From positions 182,185-246,184 of the forward strand of contig JACPYL010000018.1 in NCBI GenBank assembly GCA_016196065.1: a DNA stretch of 64,000 bases, given 5' to 3'. The stretch is from Acidobacteriota bacterium (GTDB taxonomy: Bacteria > Acidobacteriota > Terriglobia > Terriglobales > Acidobacteriaceae). The notes beneath the pieces were generated by a model, which did no database searches, was not told the DNA's origin, and was given only the letters and a program-made list of their open reading frames with translations. Below, in pieces: positions 26,824 through 35,151 of this stretch. A program made the translations under genes and the position numbers. Numbering within the stretch: position 1 is the first letter of the stretch; every line of letters starts with the position of its first letter.

Positions 26824-27195
26824 TCATTCCAGAAACGTCACGCAAACGCCGTTGGGATCAATTGCGCCGAACTCTCGTGAGCCCCACGGCTTAGTTTGGA
26901 GAGAGCCGTTGGGATGAACTTTCCCGCCGCGTTGATGATATTCGGCATAAAACGCCTCCACACCCTTCACCGCGATACGGACCATTGTTTGATCACCAAC
27001 CGTACGGGCGAGGGCATGGTCATCCATGCCCGCGATGTGGAGATAGACATCGCCGCGGTGAATGCCCGCATACGACGGCGGCGTGGCGTCACGAAAAACC
27101 TCTGTGAAACCACAGACCTCAATCCACCACTTCAGAGACGCAGCGACGTCGGCGGCGGGGAGAACGGGAAGGGCGCGCGTGAAGATGGCTTCCAT
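26824..27195 (-). CDS. VOC-family (glyoxalase/bleomycin-resistance) protein
   Basis: ATG at 27195 (MEAIFTRALPVLPAADVAASLKWW) is preferred over the track start at 27369, which overlaps the upstream gene. It is about 124 aa with a bleomycin-resistance-like fold signature (FTEVF..GIHRGDVYLHI..PWGSREFGAIDPNG). Confidence 0.7.
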   Translation of the reverse strand: MEAIFTRALPVLPAADVAASLKWWIEVCGFTEVFRDATPPSYAGIHRGDVYLHIAGMDDHALARTVGDQTMVRIAVKGVEAFYAEYHQRGGKVHPNGSLQTKPWGSREFGAIDPNGVCVTFLE

Positions 27196-27209
27196 GAAGT
27201 ATGCAACTC

Positions 27210-28211
27210 CTATGAGCGGGCACGAAACTTGGGTAGGACTTCCTTCTTGTACGTTTCCAATGTGCCTTCTTCCTCGCCGCACATCAGATAAATGTTGAAT
27301 TGAGTGACGCCCACTCGCGCCAGCGCCCGGAGTTTCTCGATGTGCGCCTCGGCTGGGCCAAGCAGACAAAACCGGTCGGTTACTTCATCGGACACAAAGT
27401 CTGCATTGCTGCTGTCGACTTCGCAGTGATGAAGATAGTCATACTGTTCCTTCGTGCGGATATAGGAAGTCAGCGCTGAGGGCAGTTCTTCCGGCTTGTA
27501 GCGCGATACCAGGTCGACGACATGATTCGACACCAGCGCTGGAAACCAGCGCACATGGTCGCGCCCAATTTTCAAATCGTCTGAGACCCACACCGGCGCG
27601 GCGGCCATCACTTCAATCTTGCTCGGATCGCGTCCGACGGATTCTGCACCCTTTCTCACGAAGCCCATGCACCAGGCAATCAAATCAGGATCGGCGAATT
27701 GCAGAATCACGCCGTCGGCGACTCGTCCGGCAAGTTCGAGCACCTTGGGACCATATCCCGCCACCCACACGGGAGGAACTCCGCCGTTCGCCCACGTAAG
27801 CCGCGCGGGACGGCCTTCGTAGTCGGTTTCATTGGCTCCCGTCAGAGCGCGAAAGTCATGGACGGACTGTTCCAGTTGCGCCGACGTCACTGGCTTCTTG
27901 CCCAACACGCGCCGCGAACTGTCGCCGCGGCCGATGCCGAGTTGCATGCGCCCGCCGGAAATCAAGTTCAACGTGGCGAACAAGCTCGAGGTCACGGTGA
28001 TGTCGCGCGTGGCAGGGTTAGTCACGCATGTACCGAGGCGCATCTTCTTCGTGTTCGTCGCCATCAGTGTGAGCAGTGGATACGGGTCCAGCCACAGCAC
28101 GTGCGAATCGAAAATCCAACCGTATTCAAAGCCTGCAGCTTCTGCCTGTCGCGTTAGAGAAAGGATTCGCTCCACCGACATGTCGGGCTTGATCGTGATG
28201 CCAAACTGCAT
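27210..28211 (-). CDS. luciferase-like (LLM class) flavin/F420-dependent oxidoreductase
   Basis: MQFGITIKPD...AEAAGFEYGWIFDSH...MRLGTCVTNP...GGRMQLGIGRGD is typical of LLM / Mer-like TIM-barrel oxidoreductases. Divergent from the dihydropyrimidinase gene. Confidence 0.75.
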   Translation of the reverse strand: MQFGITIKPDMSVERILSLTRQAEAAGFEYGWIFDSHVLWLDPYPLLTLMATNTKKMRLGTCVTNPATRDITVTSSLFATLNLISGGRMQLGIGRGDSSRRVLGKKPVTSAQLEQSVHDFRALTGANETDYEGRPARLTWANGGVPPVWVAGYGPKVLELAGRVADGVILQFADPDLIAWCMGFVRKGAESVGRDPSKIEVMAAAPVWVSDDLKIGRDHVRWFPALVSNHVVDLVSRYKPEELPSALTSYIRTKEQYDYLHHCEVDSSNADFVSDEVTDRFCLLGPAEAHIEKLRALARVGVTQFNIYLMCGEEEGTLETYKKEVLPKFRARS

Positions 28212-28305
28212 GAACTGCTCCTATGAGCGCCCAGTTAATCTAACGTCGAAGTTCGGCAGTTTAGCATAAAATCTTTGCTGCACTGTTGCAGGAGAGAACC
28301 TCGAC

Positions 28306-29697
28306 ATGGGCTTCGATACCATCATTGCCAACGGTCGTGTGGTCACGGCTACCGACACCTACGCGAGCGATATCGCGATCCAGGACGGCAAAATCAATGC
28401 CATCGGGCAGAGCCTTCCGCGCGAAAATGCAGGCAAGGTCATTGATGCGGCCGGCAGGTATGTTTTCCCGGGCGGGATCGACGTCCATACGCACCTCGAC
28501 ATGCCGTTTGGCGGGACCACCAGCGCCGATGATTTCGAAACTGGCACGCGCGCTGCTGCATTCGGCGGCACCACGACGTTGATCGACTTCGCCATCCAAT
28601 ACAAGGGACAGACTCTGCGCACCGCTTACGATGCGTGGATGGCTAAGGCCTCGGGTAAGGCGGTTTGCGATTATGCATTCCACTGCATCATCACCGACCT
28701 GGCAGACGCACAGCTTGCGGAAATGAATGCGCTGGTCCGCGAGGGCGTCACCAGTTTCAAGTTGTTCATGGCCTATCCCGGCGTGTTCATGCTCGACGAT
28801 GCCAGCATCTTCAAAGCAATGCGCGCCGCCAGTAAGAATGGCAGCATGATCTGCATGCACGCGGAGAATGGCGGCGCAATCGACGTGATCGTCCAGCAGG
28901 CGCTCGCGGAAGGAAAAAGGGCTCCGAAGTACCATGCGCTGACCCGGCCAACTACAGCCGAGGCGGAAGCCGTCTCGCGCGCGATCGCTCTGGCGGAGAT
29001 GGCGGGATCGCCCGTCTATATCGTCCATCTGAGTTGCCATGACGCTCTCGAAAAAGTGCGCGAAGCACGCGATCGTGGGCTTCCTGTATATGCGGAAACG
29101 TGTCCGCAATATCTCTACCTCTCGCTCGAAAACATGGATGCTCCCGGTTTCGAAGGGGCGAAATACGTATTCACTCCGCCGCTGCGAGAGAAGTGGAACC
29201 AGGAAAAGCTCTGGAATGGACTGAAGACGGATCACCTGCAAGTTGTCTCCACCGATCACTGTCCGTTTTGTTTCAAAGAGCAAAAAGAAATGGGGAAGGA
29301 TGACTTCACCAAAATTCCGAATGGCGGCCCGGGCATTGAACATCGCATGAGTCTGATCTATTCCGGCGGCGTGGCTGGACAGCGATTCAGCGTGAATCGA
29401 TTTGTAGAACTTGTCTCGACCACGCCCGCGAAATTGTTTGGACTCTATCCGCGCAAGGGCACAATCGCCGTGGGTAGTGACGCAGATCTGGTCATCTTCG
29501 ATCCCAACCGAAAACACACGATCAGCGCGAAGACACATCACATGCGCGTGGACTACTCCATGTTTGAAGGAATCGAAGTTACAGGGATGCCGGACATCGT
29601 ACTGTCGCGAGGCAAAGTGGTAGTCGAAGCAGACAAGTTCTTGGGACGGCCAGGTGCCGGAGAATTTCTGAAACGCTCGCTCTATTCGCAACCGTAG
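28306..29697 (+). CDS. dihydropyrimidinase / D-hydantoinase
   Basis: Motifs are GGIDVHTHLDMPFGGT (metal His pair), SFKLFMAY (carbamylated Lys) and MHAENG...VSTDHCPF. Length is 463 aa. Confidence 0.9.
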   Translation: MGFDTIIANGRVVTATDTYASDIAIQDGKINAIGQSLPRENAGKVIDAAGRYVFPGGIDVHTHLDMPFGGTTSADDFETGTRAAAFGGTTTLIDFAIQYKGQTLRTAYDAWMAKASGKAVCDYAFHCIITDLADAQLAEMNALVREGVTSFKLFMAYPGVFMLDDASIFKAMRAASKNGSMICMHAENGGAIDVIVQQALAEGKRAPKYHALTRPTTAEAEAVSRAIALAEMAGSPVYIVHLSCHDALEKVREARDRGLPVYAETCPQYLYLSLENMDAPGFEGAKYVFTPPLREKWNQEKLWNGLKTDHLQVVSTDHCPFCFKEQKEMGKDDFTKIPNGGPGIEHRMSLIYSGGVAGQRFSVNRFVELVSTTPAKLFGLYPRKGTIAVGSDADLVIFDPNRKHTISAKTHHMRVDYSMFEGIEVTGMPDIVLSRGKVVVEADKFLGRPGAGEFLKRSLYSQP

Positions 29698-29750
29698 CAG
29701 GCTCTGAGCTCCGCACCGCGATCAACTTACGGGAATTGAGGTGAGCAACC

Positions 29751-30986
29751 ATGGGCGTACCTTCCAGCCAGACTGCAACTGGGACCGACGCATTCACACC
29801 GCCGGCTACAAGAATTGCCTCCATCGACCTCATTCGCGGCGCAGTGATGATCCTGATGGCCATCGATCATGTGAGAGTGTTTGCGGGAGTTCCCGCGGGT
29901 GGACCGACGCCCGGAGTGTTCTTCACGCGGTGGATCACTCACTTCTGCGCTCCAGCGTTTATTTTTTTGGCGGGCACAAGTATCTATTTCTACAGTCGAA
30001 AGCACACCGACTTTTCGAAGTTTCTGTTGATCCGCGGCGCCTGGCTGATCGCGCTTGAGTTCACCGTTCTCCGCGTGGCGTGGACTTTTAATTTTGATTT
30101 CATGCATTACGAAATGGCAGGCGTGATCTGGGTGATCGGGATCTGCATGATCCTGATGGCTGGATTGGTGAAGCTGCCCCTGAAAGTTGTAGGCACAATC
30201 GGAGTGGCGATCATCGCGCTCCATAACCTGATGGATCCCCATATGGGGAAACTATTGGAAGGGCTTGACCAGAGCCGGATTTCAGGACTTTGGAAACTCC
30301 TCTACGTCGGCTTCTTCGCCGGACCCATCCAGTTTGGGCCGAACGGTCCCAACCTCATCGTTCTTTACTCGATTATTCCCTGGATCGGCGTCATGGCAGC
30401 GGGATATGCGTTCGGCACAATTCTGCTGTTGGAGCCTGGCCGAAGGAATCGACTCTGCCTGATCATCGGACTCTCGGCGATCGGACTATTTCTTTTGTTG
30501 CGAGGATTTAATTTGTATGGCGATCCGCGACCGTGGCATCACCCGGTGCCGGGACAAAACGGCTCACAATCGATGCCGGCCGCGTTGTCGTTCCTGAACA
30601 CGAGTAAATATCCGGCATCGCTCCTATTCTTACTGATGACGCTCGGGCCAATCATGGCCCTCATCCCGCTGCTCGAAGGGCTACGCGGAGCACTGGCACG
30701 CCAGATCGCAATGTTCGGGCGCGTGCCATTCTTTTTCTACGTGCTGCATATTCCATTGATCCACGTGCTCGCGTGTGTGGTTTCGAAGATTCGATTCGGT
30801 ATAGTCAGCCCGTGGCTGTTCACCAATCACCCAATGGGTAATCCCGAACCGCCGGAAGGATATATGTGGAGCCTGCCGCTCCTTTACCTGGTATGGGCGA
30901 TGACCATCGTGCTGCTGTATTTTGCTTGCCGATGGTTTGCCGACTTCAAAGCAAGGCGGAACGACTGGTGGCTCAAATACGTGTAG
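29751..30986 (+). CDS. DUF1624 / heparan-alpha-glucosaminide N-acetyltransferase-like integral membrane protein
   Basis: RIASIDLIRGAVMILMAIDHVR is the family's N-terminal signature as I recall it. About 10 TM spans are visible. Confidence 0.6.
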   Translation: MGVPSSQTATGTDAFTPPATRIASIDLIRGAVMILMAIDHVRVFAGVPAGGPTPGVFFTRWITHFCAPAFIFLAGTSIYFYSRKHTDFSKFLLIRGAWLIALEFTVLRVAWTFNFDFMHYEMAGVIWVIGICMILMAGLVKLPLKVVGTIGVAIIALHNLMDPHMGKLLEGLDQSRISGLWKLLYVGFFAGPIQFGPNGPNLIVLYSIIPWIGVMAAGYAFGTILLLEPGRRNRLCLIIGLSAIGLFLLLRGFNLYGDPRPWHHPVPGQNGSQSMPAALSFLNTSKYPASLLFLLMTLGPIMALIPLLEGLRGALARQIAMFGRVPFFFYVLHIPLIHVLACVVSKIRFGIVSPWLFTNHPMGNPEPPEGYMWSLPLLYLVWAMTIVLLYFACRWFADFKARRNDWWLKYV

Positions 30987-31011
30987 TCGCTTCAGTCGCT
31001 GGGAATCGGTC

Positions 31012-32571
31012 TTATTTCTTGTCACCCTGTTCGGTAAAGAACTTGCCGGTCTCTCCCACGGAGAAGTAGCGCGAAGTCACGGTCTTCTTACGCGTGAAGA
31101 ACTCGATCGCGTCCCAACCGTGCACGTGCAGGTCACCGAAGAAAGAATCCTTCCATCCTGAGAATGGGAAATAAGCGGGTGATGCAGCCACGCCGATGTT
31201 CACACCCACCATACCCACTTCAACACGACGGCTGTACTCTCGGACGGCGGCGCCGTTTTCGGTGAAGATCGAAGTACCGTTACCTCGGGGATCGGAATTC
31301 ACCAGGTCGATGGCTTGATCAAGCGTCTCCACGTGCATGACGGAGAGCACTGGTCCAAAAATTTCGTCGGTCGCCGCGTGCATGCCGGGCTTTACGTTGT
31401 TCAGAATCGTTGGTCCCACAAAATTGCCGCCGGCAGGGGCGCGCTGCGGACGCCTTCCATCCACCAGCAACTCCGCGCCTTCTTTTACTCCGGTGTCGAT
31501 CGCTTCGTGAATACGGTTGCAGGCAGCGCTCGATATTACAGGGCCCAGGCTCGATTTTGGATCGGTGCCGTCACCGGCAACCAATTTTTCGGCCTCCGCT
31601 TTGAGCACACCCATGATTTTGCCTTGCGCGGCCCCAACCGTCACCAGTATGGAACCGGCCATGCAGCGTTGCCCGGCGTTGCCGAAGGCGCTGCCCAACA
31701 CGTTGGAAACGGTTTTTTCAATGACAGCGTCGGGCATCACGATCATGTAGTTCTTCGCACCGCCCAGAGCCTGTACGCGCTTGCCGTTTTCCGCTGCGCG
31801 GCGGTAGATGTATTTCGCCGTGCTGACGGATCCGACAAACGAGATCGCACGGATGCCGGGGCTATCGAGGATGCCATTCACTGCATCGTGTCCGCCATGC
31901 ACCAGGTTCACTACGCCCGGAGGCAGGCCGATGTCTTCGAGGATGTGACAGATGATTTCGGAAGTGAGCGGAACTTGCTCAGAAGGCTTCAGTACAAAAG
32001 TATTTCCGCAAACGATCGCAAACGGCAGAAACCACATCGGAACCATCGCCGGAAAATTGAACGGGGTGATGGCTGCACAAACTCCAACCGACTGCCGGAC
32101 CGTTTCTGAATTGATTCCGCGTGACACACCTTCCAGCACGCGTCCCTGCATGGTCATCGGAGACGCGCAGGCTACTTCGATCACTTCAATCGCACGCGTG
32201 ACTTCCGCGCGGGCATCGGAAAGTACTTTGCCGCCTTCACGGGTCACGGACGCCGCGAGTTCGTCAATCCGTTTCCGGAACTGTTCACGGAGCGCAAAGA
32301 TGAATTCCGTCCGTTCGCCCATCGAGCGCGAGCGCCAATCCGGCCACGCTGCACTGGCCGCGGCCGCCGCGGCTTCGACATCTTCGCGTCCTGACAATGG
32401 AGCATGGGCCAGCACTTCTCCCGTCGCGGGATTCGTTACGTCCACCAGGCCCGAGGCCTTCGCCGACACCCAACGGCCGCCAACATAGTTTTGAAGAATG
32501 CGGGCGGGAGAGGTTGCAACCGTAACTGGCGCGGTGTCTTCTTGGGTCAAAGTTCTTTGAGATGTCATCAC
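31012..32571 (-). CDS. mmsA: CoA-acylating methylmalonate/malonate-semialdehyde dehydrogenase
   Basis: Motifs are ITPFNFPAMVPMWFLPFAIVCGNTFVLKPSEQVP and GNAGQRCMAGS (catalytic Cys). Length is 519 aa. An AAGGGG SD lies in the 9-nt gap after the pyrR stop. Confidence 0.85.
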   Translation of the reverse strand: MMTSQRTLTQEDTAPVTVATSPARILQNYVGGRWVSAKASGLVDVTNPATGEVLAHAPLSGREDVEAAAAAASAAWPDWRSRSMGERTEFIFALREQFRKRIDELAASVTREGGKVLSDARAEVTRAIEVIEVACASPMTMQGRVLEGVSRGINSETVRQSVGVCAAITPFNFPAMVPMWFLPFAIVCGNTFVLKPSEQVPLTSEIICHILEDIGLPPGVVNLVHGGHDAVNGILDSPGIRAISFVGSVSTAKYIYRRAAENGKRVQALGGAKNYMIVMPDAVIEKTVSNVLGSAFGNAGQRCMAGSILVTVGAAQGKIMGVLKAEAEKLVAGDGTDPKSSLGPVISSAACNRIHEAIDTGVKEGAELLVDGRRPQRAPAGGNFVGPTILNNVKPGMHAATDEIFGPVLSVMHVETLDQAIDLVNSDPRGNGTSIFTENGAAVREYSRRVEVGMVGVNIGVAASPAYFPFSGWKDSFFGDLHVHGWDAIEFFTRKKTVTSRYFSVGETGKFFTEQGDKK

Positions 32572-32580
32572 TGCCCCTTA

Positions 32581-33174
32581 TTAGTTCACTCGTTCCGTTA
32601 TTCTTTCCATCAGCAACACCTTGTCAGAATTATCCACTTCGGTGAGCTTCACTTCGATCACTTCATTCATGGTGGTTTGCACGGTGCGTCCTATAAATGT
32701 TGCTTCAATCGGCAACTCACGATGGCCCCGATCAATCAGCACCAGCAATTGAACCCGGCTCGGACGGCCATGAAGGAACAGCGCATCCATCGCCGATCGA
32801 ATCGTTCGTCCCGTGAACAGCACATCATCGACCAGCACGATTTTTTTGTCGCCAATGGCGAACCCGATTTCCGATTTCTGCACAACTGGCTTCGGCCCAA
32901 CCGTGGAAAGGTCGTCACGATAGAACGTGATATCAAGCGTGCCGACCGGGACCGGAGCTTTTTCTCTCTGCCGGATAATCTTGGCCAGCCGTTCCGCCAG
33001 CGGAACCCCGCGCCGGCGAATTCCAACCAGCCCCAGATTCTCCACGCCGCCGCTCTTTTCGAGGATTTCGTGAGCCAGGCGCACCAGCGTCCGCTCCATT
33101 TCAGAAGCAGACATCAGTTGCAGTTTCTCGTGCAACGTGGCCCTGTTTGCGGCGCTCTTTGTGCTCATGCGCAA
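32581..33174 (-). CDS. pyrR: PyrR (pyrimidine operon regulator / uracil phosphoribosyltransferase)
   Basis: PRPP-binding loop KIVLVDDVLFTGRTIRSA, with RLAHEILEK...GIRRRGVPLAERL as the typical PyrR N-terminal half. Confidence 0.85.
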   Translation of the reverse strand: MRMSTKSAANRATLHEKLQLMSASEMERTLVRLAHEILEKSGGVENLGLVGIRRRGVPLAERLAKIIRQREKAPVPVGTLDITFYRDDLSTVGPKPVVQKSEIGFAIGDKKIVLVDDVLFTGRTIRSAMDALFLHGRPSRVQLLVLIDRGHRELPIEATFIGRTVQTTMNEVIEVKLTEVDNSDKVLLMERITERVN

Positions 33175-33454
33175 TCCTGCCTCATCTGAATGGGCCCGGT
33201 TTGAGTCCGGAAGTTGTTGCCCCAGCCGCTCGGGCGTGGCCCTGAAGGTTCACAGGTTGCCCACCGGCTAACGACTTTGACTGTAGTGGAGTAGAGTCTT
33301 GGAGGTCAAGCGCCCAGCCCGGCAATTCGCCGGTTTCTCTGCTCCAGAATGTTTGTGAAAAGTTTACTTATTGGACCTCAACTGGTTATATATGTCTGCA
33401 TGAAGTGTTGATGTCTTTCGATGACGCATCCTCATCCGAGACCAGGAGACTAGA

Positions 33455-33925
33455 GTGGGAAAACAGTTCAGCCGTACGGTGCTGTTGCTTGTCATAGCGA
33501 TCACATCGTTGACCGCAGGATCGTTATTTCTTCCCGCCTGTGATGCCCAGGAACACAGGGCGATCAATCTCTCCCCTGGCCGAAATCTCCCCTTCAACGA
33601 CGGCATCGTGGCAGGCAACACCCTGTACGTCGCGGGGCAGGAAGGTACGGACGATCAGGGCAAACTGGTTGCTGGCGGAATCAGCACAGAAGCCAAAGCC
33701 GCGCTGGAAAATATCCAGAAAGTTGTTAAGGCGGCGGGATTCGAATTGAAAGACATTGTTTCCGTCACCGTGTATCTGGCCGACATTCGCGAGTTTGGCG
33801 AGATGAATAAAGCGTATCGCGAATTCATGCCCGACCCAAAACCCGCACGCGCCACCATCCAAGCGGTCGCCTTGGTCAACAACGCTCGTATCGAAATTTC
33901 CGCGATTGCAGTGAAGCAAAAATAG
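33455..33925 (+). CDS. exported RidA/YjgF-family protein
   Basis: GTG start and leader MGKQFSRTVLLLVIAITSLTAGSLFLPACDA. RidA core: LYVAGQEG...AALENIQKVVKAAG..IVSVTVYL..ARATIQ..LVNNARIEISAIA. Confidence 0.8.
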   Translation: MGKQFSRTVLLLVIAITSLTAGSLFLPACDAQEHRAINLSPGRNLPFNDGIVAGNTLYVAGQEGTDDQGKLVAGGISTEAKAALENIQKVVKAAGFELKDIVSVTVYLADIREFGEMNKAYREFMPDPKPARATIQAVALVNNARIEISAIAVKQK

Positions 33926-33970
33926 CATCGAGCCATTTGTAATGGCCGTATTCGCATTTCCAATCCGCAC

Positions 33971-35140
33971 GTGGGGAAAAACATGCATCGTAGATTCAAA
34001 TTTCTTGTCCTGACATTTCTTCTCCTACTTTCCTTCGCACATGCCGCAGACCGCCCTGCGAAGGGTTCCTACCTCGTCTACGTAGGGACTTACACGGGCC
34101 AGGAAAGTAAAGGGATCTATGCCTTTCGCTTTGATCCCGCCTCCGGCAAGTCGACACCGATTGAACTCGTAGCGGAAACTACCAACCCCTCGTTTCTGGC
34201 GATCGATCCGAGCCATCACTACCTTTATGCTGCCAACGAAGTTGGCGATTACAAAGGTGAGAAGAGCGGCGGCATCAGCGCTTTCGCAATCGACCATAAG
34301 ACCGGCAAACTCACGTTCCTGAACGAGGTTTCCTCACACGGAGCGGACCCCTGCCACATCACGCTCGACAAGTCGGGCAAGCATCTTCTGGTTGCCAACT
34401 ACACCGGAGGGAGCGTGGCCAGTTTCCCTGTGCTTGCAGACGGCAAACTGGGCGAGCCTTCTGCCGTCGTGCAGCACAGCGGTCATGGCCCGAACGCCGA
34501 GCGCCAGGAAGGGCCGCACGCGCACGAAATCCAGTTGACGCCAGACAATCGCTTCGCCATTGCGGCCGACCTCGGTCTTGATGAACTGCTGGTCTATCGC
34601 TTCGATGTTGCTAAGGGCACATTGACTCCGAACGATCCGCCATTTGGGAAAGTCGAGCCTGGTGCCGGACCGCGGCATTTTGTTTTTGATCCGCGTGGAA
34701 AATTCGTATACGTGTTGAGTGAGATGAGTGGAAGCATCACGAGCTTCGCGTACGACGCGCGCACCGGAGCATTACGGAACCTGCAAGCGATTTCTACTTT
34801 ACCCACGGATTTCAAGGGCCACAATGATTCCGCCGAAATCGTAGCCTCGTCATCGGGCAAATTTCTCTATGCGTCGAATCGAGGCCCGGACGACATCGCA
34901 GTATTCAACACCGGTTCCGCCAAAGGAACGTTGCAACTGGTGGAGCACGTTTCAACCAAAGGCAAGGCTCCGCGTAATTTTGCGATCGACCCAACGGGAA
35001 GATTTTTGTTTGTCGCGAACCAGGAATCCAACAACATCGTCGTGTTCAAAATCGATCCTAAGACCGGTCGCCTGACCGACATTGGCCAGACACTCAAAGC
35101 ACCATCACCGGTATGCATCGTATTTCTGTCTGCTGAATAA
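33971..35140 (+). CDS. exported 7-bladed beta-propeller lactonase (6-phosphogluconolactonase-like, YbhE family)
   Basis: The leader is RRFKFLVLTFLLLLSFAHA. YVGTYTG..SKGIYAF, PSFLAIDP..LYAANE and GPRHF.FDP..FVYV are repeats typical of this family. Confidence 0.7.
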   Translation: MGKNMHRRFKFLVLTFLLLLSFAHAADRPAKGSYLVYVGTYTGQESKGIYAFRFDPASGKSTPIELVAETTNPSFLAIDPSHHYLYAANEVGDYKGEKSGGISAFAIDHKTGKLTFLNEVSSHGADPCHITLDKSGKHLLVANYTGGSVASFPVLADGKLGEPSAVVQHSGHGPNAERQEGPHAHEIQLTPDNRFAIAADLGLDELLVYRFDVAKGTLTPNDPPFGKVEPGAGPRHFVFDPRGKFVYVLSEMSGSITSFAYDARTGALRNLQAISTLPTDFKGHNDSAEIVASSSGKFLYASNRGPDDIAVFNTGSAKGTLQLVEHVSTKGKAPRNFAIDPTGRFLFVANQESNNIVVFKIDPKTGRLTDIGQTLKAPSPVCIVFLSAE

Positions 35141-35151
35141 TTGGAGAATCC

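Noticed and set aside
28261-29691. 476-aa antisense ORF spanning the entire dihydropyrimidinase gene
   Set aside because: It is strikingly long, but the sense strand carries unmistakable dihydropyrimidinase motifs. The antisense product has no recognisable domain and a low-complexity R/A/G/H bias. It could only be revived by Ribo-seq evidence.
33175-33454. PyrR-binding attenuator upstream of pyrR
   Set aside because: I read the minus strand for the conserved UCCAGAGAGG-type loop and found only poor partial matches (e.g. CCUCCAAGACUC). This cannot be claimed without a covariance-model search.
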